61,072 nt of DNA from a virus (lineage: Duplodnaviria; Caudoviricetes), in the IMG/VR virus record IMGVR_UViG_3300005831_000006, positions 1-61,072 of that record; one strand, given 5' to 3'. Positions 9,220 through 20,372 of this stretch are shown piece after piece. Both the position numbers and the translations under genes were made by a program. A model generated the notes under the pieces. That model was given only the letters and a program-made list of their open reading frames with translations, had not been told where the DNA came from and ran no database searches. Positions within the stretch are counted from its first letter, which is position 1. Each line of letters begins with the position of its first letter.

Positions 9220-11988
9220 ATGACAAATAGTTATGAAATAGTAAGATTAAAATTAGTTAATTTTACTCATTTTAATTCAATTTTAGGATATCCTGAATTT
9301 GAGATAAATAGAACACCTGGGAATCCTATAATCGTATTAGTTGGAGGTAATGGTAGTGGAAAGTCATTATTGATGAGCCACTGGTCACCAAAACCTACCG
9401 AGAATACTAATAATCGTAAAAGAGTTATTAATGAAAAAGATAACGATGAAGAATCTATAAAAGAAGTTGATATTATCAAATATGATATAAACAATAAACC
9501 GACACATAAATATTATTGTCGTATCATATATTCTTCATCTACTAATTGTAGTATAATTGAAGAAAATCTTTCTACTGGTTGTAGAGTTGAACTTAATGAA
9601 AATGGTTTAGTCGGTTCTTATGAAGATATATTAAATGATGTTTTTGATCTTGATAAACGGTATGTTAATATCACATATTTGTCACCTCAAATAACATCAT
9701 TAGTATCAATGAGTCCAAGTATACGATACGGATATATATCTTCATGGTTACCGGATATATCATCATATATAAATGCTTATAAGACTATTTTCAAAAAGAT
9801 AAATACGACCAATAGACAAATAAAGTTATTGGAAAGTGATATTGGTGATATATCTGTAGAAAAAGTTGACAGAGATATATCTATGATGACATCGAAAATG
9901 ACTACTTTAGAGAATAAAATCGAAGATCAAAAAATAATACGTATGAAACTAACAGTCGTACGTGATAATTTAGCATCAATATCAAAAGATATATTACGTA
10001 AAAGTATCGAAATTACATTACGTAATAAATATATTCTAAATAAAGAGTATAATCTTTTAATCGATTTAGATTCTAGAAGTAAAAAATATCGTGGTAAAAA
10101 TGGTGATGATAAATTAAAACAAGATATCACTATAAATAAACAAGAAAGAATTGATATTAAAAATCGAGTTGAATGGATAGGTAAATCCATCGACGAGCAA
10201 CGAATACGTTTAAAAGAAGTTGAATATAATCTTGGTTTATTGAAGGATAATGGGGAATCATTACCGGATATAAGCGTCATGCTTGAACGAATTGAGGAGT
10301 CTTTAAAAGAATATGAAATAATCATGTTAAAATATAAAGACAAATATACATTTATTGATGAAATAGATGATAATTTTACTATGAGAGAATTTAAAATAGT
10401 AGAATCATTTATGAATTTGATTTATGAAAAATGTAAACGTATACAAGATCTTATATCTATACCAAAGCTTGATAATGTATCATCGTATTCTGAATTAATT
10501 GATAAACGTATATCAGAATATAATGAGAAAATAAAAGAACTTGATATAAGAGCTAATAAATTGCATGAGAGTATCTCTATACTTAAAAATACACCAATCG
10601 ATGAATCTATTTTACAATTAATACCTGATTTTTGCGATACAACTAGATGTGGAGTTATATTAGAGATCAATAGATTACTTTCTCCGGATAAAGAAATAAA
10701 TAAACTCCAAATAGAACTTGAAAGTATATATTCATCTAAAGCTGAATATATTTCTGAACTTGATAATATGGAGCAGGAGGTATCAAATATAGTATTATCT
10801 TTGAATTATGTAAGTGATATAAATCATTCCATAACAAGAGATAAAGAATATATATCGATGCTTCCAAGTTTGTTTAAAGAATCTTTTTCAGGATCTATAT
10901 CATCCATTATTTCAAATTTAAATATCCTTTTAAGAGATATTGACGTAATAGGTGAATTCACATCTATAAGAGATCAGTTTAAATTATATACTGATCAATT
11001 AAAGACACTTAAAGAAAAAGAGATATCATTAAAATTTGTAAGAAATATGAATAGTGATATCACGAATATTACATCAACAATTGATTCTATGGGCAAGGAA
11101 AGAAGAATCTTACTTGAGAAGGATGTATTATTAATAAAAGATATTGAAATTTTAGAGGAGGTACAAGAATCTATAAATAACATTAGGGAAAGAATTGACG
11201 TATATAATGTATCATGTTATAATCAGATAGATATACATGAAAAAATAAAAAATTTATGTGCTGATTGGTATTATCGTGAGAAAATCTCTCGAAAAATATC
11301 TGAACTTGATGTCTCCATAGAATCAATGTCATATGATTATAGAAAAACTAAATCAGATATAGATTCATTAAGGACTACATTAAATACGAAAAAATCTCTT
11401 CTTGATATGAGGGATAGATTGTTATTATCTATAAATAATATGAACTTGTTATTAGATGCATGGAATCCTAAAAGTGGAATTCCAAGTTTCTTTATCAAGA
11501 ATTTCTTAATAAAGGTCCATATGTATTCAAATGTGTTTTTAAAGAAATTAAATGGGGATGCACTTAAAATAAGTAAATTTGAAATCGGTAGTAATGCCCG
11601 TGAGTTTCCAATTGAGATACTAAAAGAGGACGGATCAATAATCCCAGATGTGTCTCAATGCAGTGAGGGTGAAATAGCCCTTCTCACATTAGCAATTTCT
11701 TTAGCACTATTGAATATAGTTAGAACAACTGGTGGTTATAATATTCTTAGAATAGATGAATTGGATTCCCATCTTGACACTATGAGAAGAAAACAATTTG
11801 TTGAGATTATCCAGGAACAGTTGGATGATTTAAATTCTAAGCAATTATTAATTATAACTCACAATGATAACTTTAATGACGTTCCGGCAGATATTATATT
11901 ATTCCCTGGAGCATCGAAAGATGATTCTGGATTATCGAATAAAAATATACTGCTTGATATGCGTCATATTTCTTTAGATAAATATTAA
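9220..11988 (+). CDS. sbcC: SbcC/Rad50-like SMC ATPase
   Basis: Walker A GGNGSGKS, long coiled coil with central CDTTRC hook, signature CSEGE, Walker B/D-loop IDELDSHLD, H-loop IITH. Confidence 0.9.
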   Translation: MTNSYEIVRLKLVNFTHFNSILGYPEFEINRTPGNPIIVLVGGNGSGKSLLMSHWSPKPTENTNNRKRVINEKDNDEESIKEVDIIKYDINNKPTHKYYCRIIYSSSTNCSIIEENLSTGCRVELNENGLVGSYEDILNDVFDLDKRYVNITYLSPQITSLVSMSPSIRYGYISSWLPDISSYINAYKTIFKKINTTNRQIKLLESDIGDISVEKVDRDISMMTSKMTTLENKIEDQKIIRMKLTVVRDNLASISKDILRKSIEITLRNKYILNKEYNLLIDLDSRSKKYRGKNGDDKLKQDITINKQERIDIKNRVEWIGKSIDEQRIRLKEVEYNLGLLKDNGESLPDISVMLERIEESLKEYEIIMLKYKDKYTFIDEIDDNFTMREFKIVESFMNLIYEKCKRIQDLISIPKLDNVSSYSELIDKRISEYNEKIKELDIRANKLHESISILKNTPIDESILQLIPDFCDTTRCGVILEINRLLSPDKEINKLQIELESIYSSKAEYISELDNMEQEVSNIVLSLNYVSDINHSITRDKEYISMLPSLFKESFSGSISSIISNLNILLRDIDVIGEFTSIRDQFKLYTDQLKTLKEKEISLKFVRNMNSDITNITSTIDSMGKERRILLEKDVLLIKDIEILEEVQESINNIRERIDVYNVSCYNQIDIHEKIKNLCADWYYREKISRKISELDVSIESMSYDYRKTKSDIDSLRTTLNTKKSLLDMRDRLLLSINNMNLLLDAWNPKSGIPSFFIKNFLIKVHMYSNVFLKKLNGDALKISKFEIGSNAREFPIEILKEDGSIIPDVSQCSEGEIALLTLAISLALLNIVRTTGGYNILRIDELDSHLDTMRRKQFVEIIQEQLDDLNSKQLLIITHNDNFNDVPADIILFPGASKDDSGLSNKNILLDMRHISLDKY

Positions 11989-12002
11989 ACTTTGGAGGTT
12001 AT

Positions 12003-12323
12003 GTGGTAACAGTTACTGGTAATAGGGTTGAAATTAAGCCCATGAATCAAAGTTCTACAATCAGTGAAACATTGGTAATGAATATTGATGAGAGAAAAAT
12101 CGCATCAGTACATATCATGGATCCAAGTAGAGTTGACAAGTATGCGAAGTTATTAATAAACTTCAGAAAAATGTATAATTATAACTTTTTCGGTATGTTA
12201 CTTGAAATTGTTACCACTCCTACAAAAGAATCATTATCGATGAAAACTATAACTTATGGGTTAGTGTATACGAATACACTTGATATGAATTCTGATTTTA
12301 ATAAAATATTGACACTAATTTAA
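12003..12323 (+). CDS. hypothetical protein
   Basis: GGAGG RBS, GTG start, terminator hairpin at 12325-12351. Confidence 0.65.
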   Translation: MVTVTGNRVEIKPMNQSSTISETLVMNIDERKIASVHIMDPSRVDKYAKLLINFRKMYNYNFFGMLLEIVTTPTKESLSMKTITYGLVYTNTLDMNSDFNKILTLI

Positions 12324-12369
12324 GATATAGTGGGAGTAAATCCCACTATATTTATTTGAAAGGATTTAT

Positions 12370-12852
12370 ATGGTTACTATTCATGAAAATGGAGATATAA
12401 GTATATTATCGCAATCATCATTTAATGTATATAATGATCTAAATATAAGTATGAAAGATCGATCATTAGCTACTGTAAATACAATAAGTATCGAAAGAAG
12501 TATAGAGTTATTTAAGACAAATCATGAATTGGCATTTAAAATTTTTGGGGATAATGATGTATTTGCTAAGAATATTAATGAAATTATTAATAACTTGGTT
12601 AAATCATTAGAGGAACAAAATATTAAATTTGACTATTCTAATAGCGGAATATTAGAATTGATGACTATCAATTCTAACTTATCTGATTCTGAACTTAAAG
12701 ATTTTATGTTATTTGACAATTTGTTTCATTATGATTTTGATACTACTATCATCAATGATAAATTGGACAAAATGTTATATTTCGTAGTATATAGCGATGA
12801 TGAATTATTATTCAGGGACTCAAAGGAACTTAGGAAAATTAGTTTGAAATAA
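12370..12852 (+). CDS. hypothetical protein (N-terminus resembles the preceding ORF)
   Basis: AAGGA RBS; MVT.....I....QSS......L.....ER..A.V pattern shared with the 12003 ORF. Confidence 0.6.
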   Translation: MVTIHENGDISILSQSSFNVYNDLNISMKDRSLATVNTISIERSIELFKTNHELAFKIFGDNDVFAKNINEIINNLVKSLEEQNIKFDYSNSGILELMTINSNLSDSELKDFMLFDNLFHYDFDTTIINDKLDKMLYFVVYSDDELLFRDSKELRKISLK

Positions 12853-12853
12853 T

Positions 12854-12887
12854 AATAATGGAGGGATTAACCCTCCATTATTTTTTT
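12854..12887. terminator. bidirectional intrinsic terminator
   Basis: AATAATGGAGGG-attaa-CCCTCCATTATT between convergent genes. Confidence 0.8.
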
Positions 12888-13545
12888 AATAATATTCACA
12901 ATCCTCAAAACAAAATTCAAGGTCATCAAAATCGACTACTCTTGGCATATTAGTACAAAATATTGAATGTAAGGGAACAACCTTTTCCTTCTTCTCATGC
13001 CCTTTAAATTTTGCAGATTGTATAGAAATTTCATTTTTTTTCTTTTTTCTGATATACTCATCAAGAGCACTATCAATATCGGAAACAAATCCTATATTAT
13101 CTATCTCTTGAATCAAATTATTTTTAAATGGATTTAATTTATCACTATTTACAACAGTTTCACCAATCCGTTTAATGTATTGAGATTCTATCCTGCTAAA
13201 GGCTATAGGAGCAGGTTTATATCCATGAATATTCAATTTCTCATTCGGAGTGAAATATTCATTATAATATATTATAGAATTTCGTAATTTAGTGAGATCA
13301 CTATCACTATTAATTATAACATTTATATCTCTGTTTAAAATATTTATTATATTCTTTACAGAAACAATGCCTTTAAATGGAGTATTGCCTTTTATTTCCC
13401 TAATATATCCATTATGATCAATAGTGACATATAAATTCACTTCAATATTCTCAAACCTATCGCTTATTTCTTCAAGGCTTGGAATATTAAATGCTCTATT
13501 TTCTGTTGATACATTGTTGTAAATGGGTGATGAATTTAAATCCAT
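12886..13545 (-). CDS. hypothetical protein
   Basis: 219-aa ORF in a minus-strand operon. Confidence 0.55.
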   Translation of the reverse strand: MDLNSSPIYNNVSTENRAFNIPSLEEISDRFENIEVNLYVTIDHNGYIREIKGNTPFKGIVSVKNIINILNRDINVIINSDSDLTKLRNSIIYYNEYFTPNEKLNIHGYKPAPIAFSRIESQYIKRIGETVVNSDKLNPFKNNLIQEIDNIGFVSDIDSALDEYIRKKKKNEISIQSAKFKGHEKKEKVVPLHSIFCTNMPRVVDFDDLEFCFEDCEYY

Positions 13546-13551
13546 AAAAAA

Positions 13552-14157
13552 TTATTTATTCTTTTTTACTTTAAGTCTATCCCAAGCTGAACCCATAAGA
13601 TTCGACTTAATGATTTCAACGATTTCCGGAGTTTTTACATATGCAACAACAAGTGATGAACTCTCAATTGTTTTTGCAATATCAATTGTTTTCTGAAATC
13701 CTTTAAATGAAAGGACTCCATTTTTAAAATACTCAACTGATATTTTAATATCCGAATTATTACCTTTTTTGGCAACTACCGGTTTAACAACTTTTGCAGG
13801 ATTAGTTACAGTGCTAGCCCCAAACTTCGTTATAGGTACAGCTTTGGCTACTTTAGGTACTACTTCTGATTCAACCGGTTTTTCGATCTGCTCACCTTCA
13901 GTGATTGGAGGGAATACGGGTTGAACCTCTTCAGTAACAGGTACTTCAGCAGTTGCTTCACTTACTGGACTGTCGGTCATTACTTCAGTAGTTCCCTCAC
14001 TTGTAGGGATACTATCAGTAGTATCGTCAACTGTACTACCTGCATCATCCGTAATTACAGGATCTGTAGCAGTTTCATTTGTGTTTTCACTCGTCATAGC
14101 ATCATTCTCCTTGGTTGAATCTACAACATCGCTTTTCTTAACCTTTTTCTTAGCCAT
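13552..14157 (-). CDS. hypothetical protein with acidic Thr/Pro/Val-rich linker and small C-terminal domain
   Basis: basic N-terminus, disordered acidic middle; AGGA RBS. Confidence 0.6.
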   Translation of the reverse strand: MAKKKVKKSDVVDSTKENDAMTSENTNETATDPVITDDAGSTVDDTTDSIPTSEGTTEVMTDSPVSEATAEVPVTEEVQPVFPPITEGEQIEKPVESEVVPKVAKAVPITKFGASTVTNPAKVVKPVVAKKGNNSDIKISVEYFKNGVLSFKGFQKTIDIAKTIESSSLVVAYVKTPEIVEIIKSNLMGSAWDRLKVKKNK

Positions 14158-14179
14158 TTGTAATGTGTTCCTATTCTTT

Positions 14180-14431
14180 TTAAAAAGTAAATAATGAGTT
14201 GTCTTCTATTAAAGATTCGATAGATGTATCAAGTTTTTTACTTGATTCTTCTAAAGTAGATTCTTTATCAGGTTTTACATCACCCTTTTCTGCAAATAAT
14301 AATTCTACATCATCATAAAATGATGTATGATTGTCATTACTATGCCTCGATAATGGATCACCAGCGTTTGTCGCTGGACTTGTTGTTAAATCAAATCCTT
14401 CGAATAAACGGTCAAATAGATTTGATGCCAT
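14180..14431 (-). CDS. small acidic hypothetical protein
   Basis: GGAAGG RBS; late-type motif at 14473-14484 (minus). Confidence 0.6.
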   Translation of the reverse strand: MASNLFDRLFEGFDLTTSPATNAGDPLSRHSNDNHTSFYDDVELLFAEKGDVKPDKESTLEESSKKLDTSIESLIEDNSLFTF

Positions 14432-14535
14432 ATATTAACACCTTCCTTTCTTGACTACATTATTTAATACCCTATTATGATGTTAATTTTAATATAAAAT
14501 AAGTATACAGTAGAGAATTAACTCTACTGTACATT

Positions 14536-15990
14536 TTATTTGAATTCTGTCCCGGAAACTTCCCTAATCATATATTTCAATATGTAAATTATCAATGGAA
14601 AAACATATAAAATATCCGTATCATATTCAAAACTTTCTTCATATATGGAATTTATATATTTATCACCGATTAAATTTACGAGTTTAACTACTATTGTTCG
14701 TTTTCTACTCATATCCTGTTCAGATATAAAACATGAAATTATATCAATCATTATATTGATTAATGAGTCATATTCCTCAGCAGTCTTAGCAAGCATTATA
14801 TCTGAATCATAATTTCGTATAGTTGATACAAAATTTGTTGGAAAAAGATCTAAAGTGAATAAATTATCGGAAAGATATGCTGTATTTTTACTCGGATCAG
14901 TAATCCAATCGCCATATACACAAATTTCTCCATTAGGGTTGCAACCAGTAACGTGGTCTGTAAATATTCTCCCATATAATCGATTTGTATTATAATACGG
15001 ATTACTATTTGAATAAATTACCAATTGTTTATCATTTTTGAATCTATTGATATCCATATTTTCTACAACTGAAAATATACTCCCGTTGTAAAATTTACGA
15101 TCAGGTTTCAAATATTCAGTTATTATATGAATATATTCACTCGATGCAAAAATATTGAATCTATTGATAAAATGCACTAAAGAAATATCGTATACTGTAA
15201 CATCTTCCCATTTTACATTACCTATCATAGGTAATTTTGTTGCTGCAAATGATGACTCCATTATTGATGAAATCGATAATGGGAATCTACCTACTTCAGC
15301 CATAATTGTATTAAGGGTTCTATGATAATAAATTCCAGCATACGTCTTAGTTGCAAGATACATTATATCTCGTGATGTCTGTATAAAGTCGTTTTCATCT
15401 GTACGAAGTACAGTCCTGAAATCAGTTCCGACATGATTGTAATCAAATGTATATATTTCTTTTACACTTGGATTTAATTCGCAGTTTTCAGGTATTATAT
15501 CATCTCTATAGATTTTATACCTTATTTCAAAACCTGAATCTTTTTCTATCAATGTAGGATTGATTTCATTGACACGAAATAGATGGAATGTTCCAAAAAC
15601 TTTCATTATAAAGAAATCATTTGCATTTGGAGTTACTGTATTTGGGAGTATCTTTGCACTTCCCTCATATATAAGGTTAGTGAATACATCCTTATCTAGT
15701 TGTGAATCTATTTCCTCAGTTAAAATTACAAAATTAGTAATCTTTCTGAATTTAGCAATATTGGGATCAAATGCACTTATTGAAGCATTATTCGCTAGAT
15801 TATCTCTACGACTACTTACAACCTGTTCATAATAGGTTACTTCTGTCTTTATCCCATGTAATCTCGAAAGAAGAGTCTTTTTTATATTACTCTTTTCAGC
15901 AATTACATTATCTAATAAAGTTTTCTGAGTATCAACTACTCTTCTCGGTGTATCAACGTTAGCGGTTATACTTCGTCGTGATATTAACAT
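14536..15990 (-). CDS. virion structural protein (jumbo-phage conserved type)
   Basis: start moved to ATG 15990 behind an AAGGAG RBS; late-type motif at 16033-16044; beta-rich N-terminal domain (VTYYEQ...AKILPNTVTPNANDFF). Confidence 0.5.
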   Translation of the reverse strand: MLISRRSITANVDTPRRVVDTQKTLLDNVIAEKSNIKKTLLSRLHGIKTEVTYYEQVVSSRRDNLANNASISAFDPNIAKFRKITNFVILTEEIDSQLDKDVFTNLIYEGSAKILPNTVTPNANDFFIMKVFGTFHLFRVNEINPTLIEKDSGFEIRYKIYRDDIIPENCELNPSVKEIYTFDYNHVGTDFRTVLRTDENDFIQTSRDIMYLATKTYAGIYYHRTLNTIMAEVGRFPLSISSIMESSFAATKLPMIGNVKWEDVTVYDISLVHFINRFNIFASSEYIHIITEYLKPDRKFYNGSIFSVVENMDINRFKNDKQLVIYSNSNPYYNTNRLYGRIFTDHVTGCNPNGEICVYGDWITDPSKNTAYLSDNLFTLDLFPTNFVSTIRNYDSDIMLAKTAEEYDSLINIMIDIISCFISEQDMSRKRTIVVKLVNLIGDKYINSIYEESFEYDTDILYVFPLIIYILKYMIREVSGTEFK

Positions 15991-16177
15991 AGTATGTTTT
16001 CTCCTTAAAGGAATATGATCCAATTCAAGCTACATTACTATGTTTTATTAATATTATATATTTTGTAATATATTTCATAAAACATCTGATTGTACACTAT
16101 TTAAATAATTAAATATGATTTTTAAATATATATTTGTTATTATGTATTCTATGAAAATAAATATCGAAAGGTTTAAA

Positions 16178-18235
16178 ATGATAAGTGATATTCAAAAAAT
16201 ATCGGAAGCACTTATTGATATAAGGAATAGTCAGATAAAAGGTATTCCTATGTTAAGTGATGATGATATAATAATTTTAGAAAATAAGTTGTTAAAACTT
16301 GATCCTGATAATGTGTACTTTAAAATACACAAACTTACAACTAAGTTATTAAAGTATCGTCATAATTATTATTCATCAACAGGGGATCAAATATCTGATG
16401 ATGAGTTTGATAGTGATGAAAGTATGTTAAGGGAACTTGATCCTGATAGTACTTATTTTGATATAGTTGGAAGTGTTGATGATGTGGGTTATACTGAAGT
16501 TAAACACAATTTTCCAATGTTATCTATAGATAGTGTCAAATATCCTAAAACACCGGATATATGGTTAAGACGTGTAGATGCAAAAAAAGATAATGGGACT
16601 GTATTGATATCTCTACCGAAGGTTGATGGTATATCAGGTTCAATGGTCTACAAAAATACCAAATTTTCACATGGAGCTACACGTGGAGACGGTATCACTG
16701 GTAAAATTATACCATTTGCTAAGGATTTAGTTGTTTGTCATGAGATACCATTCACAGGGATTGTAGATATAAGGGGAGAAATCTATATTCCTAAAAAATA
16801 TGGAGAAACAGTTTTTAAAGATCTCCCACTAAGAAATCAGGCTGCTGGAATAATAAAAAGTTGTCAAAATACTGAATATTTATCATTTATAGCATACCAG
16901 ATGTTATTTGTGGATATTGAAAATATATTTACGAATGAGTCGGATATTCTAGATAGTTTGACTAAACTGGGTTTTAATACTACTCCATACGAGATAATAA
17001 CCAATACGAATGATATTAAGAAAGTTATGAATTCTTATATATCAAACAAAAGAGACGGGTATGATTATGAAACTGATGGACTAGTTCTAGTTGTTAATAA
17101 TAAATGTTTACAAAAAGTTATTGATAATACTAGAGTGGTGAGATCATTTCATCATTATAATTTAGCATTAAAACCTCCATCAAAAATTGTATGTTCGAAG
17201 CTACTAGATATAGAAATTAATGTTTCAAAGTCTGGTAGATTGATTCCTGTAATGATTTATGAGCCTGTGATGATCGACAATGTTGAATTCGAGAGAGTTA
17301 CTATAAATAATTATAAGTTCATGGAAACATTAGGGAAAGCATATGTAGGTAATACAGTTCATATTATGAGAGGTAATGAAATATTACCAGTCATTGTACG
17401 AATGGATGAAGATGGTAATAAAAACTTACCAATCATTTTACCTAAGTCTGAATGTCCATCATGCGGGAATAGTTTATCTGACGAAGGTAAGCATAAAGTT
17501 TGTACAAATCTAAAATGTCCGGGTAGAAATATATCACTAATCTTCAATTGGGTTGTCAAACGCAATATGAAAAATGTTGGTATAAAATTCCTTGAACTTG
17601 CTTATGAGAAAGGTATTGTCACATCAATAATAGATTTATACGATAAAAATCTGAAATTTAAGATTGAAGAACTTCCAGGTTTTGTTCGTGATGGCGGTAA
17701 AGTTATAAAAATAATGAATGCTATCGAAAAGTCGAAGATGAATGTATCTGATATCGATATTCTATCAGCAATAGGTATTCCGAATATCGGAAGAAATGTG
17801 TTAGAAAATATTAATGTCATAAATATTGATACACTCCCATCCGATATTGTAGGTGTTGACAACTACAAAATCAGTAATTCACAGATAGTAGTTAATGAAA
17901 ATTACACTATTCCGACATTAGCAGTTTATCGTTATATATTGGAATGGCTCGTAATACCTGGGAATTATGCCGATTTAATTAAGTTGAAAAAGATTCTTAA
18001 TTCTAAATCAGATGATGAAAATAAAAATGGTAAAACTGTATGTATTACAGGAAGTTTCGATGTCAGTAGAAGTAATATTGTAAATGCACTTGAAAAACGG
18101 GGGTATAAATCTGTAGATAGTGTAACTAAACGTACCGATTATTTACTAATAGGTGATGGTTATGAAATTAATGGGAAATATAATAAGGCTAAACGATATG
18201 GCGTAACCATCGTACATATCAATGACCTTTTATAA
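16178..18235 (+). CDS. ligA: NAD-dependent DNA ligase
   Basis: YY...ISDDEFD domain Ia, HNFPMLSI, motif I KVDG, TRGDG, RGE, ETDGLV, OB fold, C4 zinc finger CPSC...C...C, C-terminal BRCT (VCITG...VTKRTDYL); start moved to ATG 16178 (GAAAGG RBS). Confidence 0.95.
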   Translation: MISDIQKISEALIDIRNSQIKGIPMLSDDDIIILENKLLKLDPDNVYFKIHKLTTKLLKYRHNYYSSTGDQISDDEFDSDESMLRELDPDSTYFDIVGSVDDVGYTEVKHNFPMLSIDSVKYPKTPDIWLRRVDAKKDNGTVLISLPKVDGISGSMVYKNTKFSHGATRGDGITGKIIPFAKDLVVCHEIPFTGIVDIRGEIYIPKKYGETVFKDLPLRNQAAGIIKSCQNTEYLSFIAYQMLFVDIENIFTNESDILDSLTKLGFNTTPYEIITNTNDIKKVMNSYISNKRDGYDYETDGLVLVVNNKCLQKVIDNTRVVRSFHHYNLALKPPSKIVCSKLLDIEINVSKSGRLIPVMIYEPVMIDNVEFERVTINNYKFMETLGKAYVGNTVHIMRGNEILPVIVRMDEDGNKNLPIILPKSECPSCGNSLSDEGKHKVCTNLKCPGRNISLIFNWVVKRNMKNVGIKFLELAYEKGIVTSIIDLYDKNLKFKIEELPGFVRDGGKVIKIMNAIEKSKMNVSDIDILSAIGIPNIGRNVLENINVINIDTLPSDIVGVDNYKISNSQIVVNENYTIPTLAVYRYILEWLVIPGNYADLIKLKKILNSKSDDENKNGKTVCITGSFDVSRSNIVNALEKRGYKSVDSVTKRTDYLLIGDGYEINGKYNKAKRYGVTIVHINDLL

Positions 18236-18295
18236 AATTGAGAAAGTGTAATAAAATACACTTTCTTTTTTGTTTAAACTAAGGAGTCTTTCAAA

Positions 18296-19825
18296 ATGAA
18301 TGAAGAGAATGTATCTGATGTAACTGAAACTGCAGAAATTACCCAATCGATCGAAACTAAAGTCGATACTGTTGATGGTTTAGATAATGGTACCGTTATA
18401 CAGGGTTTTATTGATGATGATTCGAAGAAAATATCAGAAGATAATATGGAACTCGGTATCGCTAATGAAGATATACCCATTCCTGGCGAAGAAGAATTAA
18501 ATGAGTCAGTTGAATTAGGGAAACAAGAACCTTTGGAATTACTTGAAAAAAGTGAACTTGAGGATGACGGTTTTCTCGGAATTCCAAAATTCACAGATCA
18601 GGATTGCATCCTTCTTGATCATAATATTCTTCTTGATACATCGATGATCGGACAACATTCGACTATAATGCGTGATCTTGCAGAAAATATGCTTGATCTG
18701 GAGAATGAAATTCCTGGCGAAGAGAAAGAGAAATCATTCGACAATATCTTTCAGATGTATGTCGCATCAAGAAATATCCTTGTAACTTACAAAAATTCAA
18801 TTACTGAATATAAACAATTTATATCTGAGAATAAAGATGAAATCTTAAATCAGTATGAGATTGATTCTTCAAAGTATATACAAATGTATATTAGTGATTG
18901 TGAGAAAATGTTTGATCTTAATTATGAAGAAGGTTCTTTTCTGTTCTTCATATTGGCAGTTGCGCTTAAGAGAATGAATTACGATGTCGGTAATACTGTT
19001 GCAATGCGTTTTCTTAAACTTAAACAGGTTAATGATTATGATGAAGAATTTGAAAAAATTCTAATGGAATCAATGAATTCTATTGATTTTATGATATCAA
19101 ATATCTCGAATGATACATCATATTCCGGAATGGGTTCATCCGAAAAAGATGTTATTAAAATAACATCAGATACGATAAAACGATTAAATAAGATGGTTGA
19201 TGAGAAGAATACTGATGAACGTTTCAAATATATCGGTTCATCACGATCATTATTTATGCTATTCTTATTCAGGTTATCAAAAGTTCTTGGAAAGAAGACA
19301 TTTTTCAGATTCAAAACAGCTCGTTCTAAATATGAATCATTGAAAAAGAGGATAAAAAGAAGAGCAGCTGCTAATTCTAATCCGACTGTACCTCCACCAA
19401 CTCCATTCACTGATGAGTTTATAAGGTCGCGACTTTTACTCCTTATAACAGAATCGTCTATTAAAAAATGGTTTTCATTTGCATTATTTGGAGATTCGAA
19501 AATTCTGACAAATAAAGAATTATTTTTAACCAAATTACATGTAATTGATGAAGTTATCACACCTGCAAAAATGATCAGTTCTATTGTTAACGTTTTTGCT
19601 TATAAGATGATTTTCGATGAATTAGCGCGTATAATATCATATGTTGACGATAAAGTTTATACTTGTAATGCGAAAAAAATGAGTATGTTAAAAGGTTATA
19701 TTACATTTGTATCCTATTACAAAAAATCTTCCAAATATGTCAACTACGGTTCAAAGGAGTTATATAATAAATATATTGATGGATTGCTTACAGAGGTTGT
19801 AAATCATCTAAATAAATCAAAATAA
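18296..19825 (+). CDS. hypothetical protein with acidic N-terminal region
   Basis: 509 aa, AAGGAG RBS, hairpins on both sides. Confidence 0.65.
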   Translation: MNEENVSDVTETAEITQSIETKVDTVDGLDNGTVIQGFIDDDSKKISEDNMELGIANEDIPIPGEEELNESVELGKQEPLELLEKSELEDDGFLGIPKFTDQDCILLDHNILLDTSMIGQHSTIMRDLAENMLDLENEIPGEEKEKSFDNIFQMYVASRNILVTYKNSITEYKQFISENKDEILNQYEIDSSKYIQMYISDCEKMFDLNYEEGSFLFFILAVALKRMNYDVGNTVAMRFLKLKQVNDYDEEFEKILMESMNSIDFMISNISNDTSYSGMGSSEKDVIKITSDTIKRLNKMVDEKNTDERFKYIGSSRSLFMLFLFRLSKVLGKKTFFRFKTARSKYESLKKRIKRRAAANSNPTVPPPTPFTDEFIRSRLLLLITESSIKKWFSFALFGDSKILTNKELFLTKLHVIDEVITPAKMISSIVNVFAYKMIFDELARIISYVDDKVYTCNAKKMSMLKGYITFVSYYKKSSKYVNYGSKELYNKYIDGLLTEVVNHLNKSK

Positions 19826-19886
19826 GATTTGAATATTTTAATGGGGTATAATCCCCATTAAAATTATTTATCAAAGGATTTCAATA

Positions 19887-20372
19887 ATGCTTAATATTAC
19901 AGAAGATCAGAAATTAAGATTCAAAAATATTTTAAATAAAGAATTTACAGGAGCTGTAAAGTTCATAAATATCACTGTATTGAATGATATACCTGATATT
20001 ATTGAATATCTTCTTGTTAATAATACGTCATTTAATACTTTAATAAATTTTGATGGTATTTACGAATTAGTTCCGGAAGGATTTGCTACAAATGGCGGGT
20101 ATAAACTTAAAGAAGCTATTTACTGTAACAAAAATATTGAGCATATAACTATCGCAATTGTAGCCAAGAATGAACTTGATATCCTGAAACAATTGGTATA
20201 TTTAAAAACCAAACTTATAACCTTTGCAATTACAAAACAGGTAAGATTGGCAATAGGTAATAATGTAAATATCCTTACATCCGATAAAGACAGTGTTTTA
20301 TACAAAAAAATAAGTAGTAAATACATTGTCGATACAACCTTCAAATATTTCAGTGAATTATTTATAGTTTAA
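19887..20372 (+). CDS. hypothetical protein
   Basis: 161 aa, AAGGA RBS, terminator-like hairpin at ~20380. Confidence 0.6.
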   Translation: MLNITEDQKLRFKNILNKEFTGAVKFINITVLNDIPDIIEYLLVNNTSFNTLINFDGIYELVPEGFATNGGYKLKEAIYCNKNIEHITIAIVAKNELDILKQLVYLKTKLITFAITKQVRLAIGNNVNILTSDKDSVLYKKISSKYIVDTTFKYFSELFIV

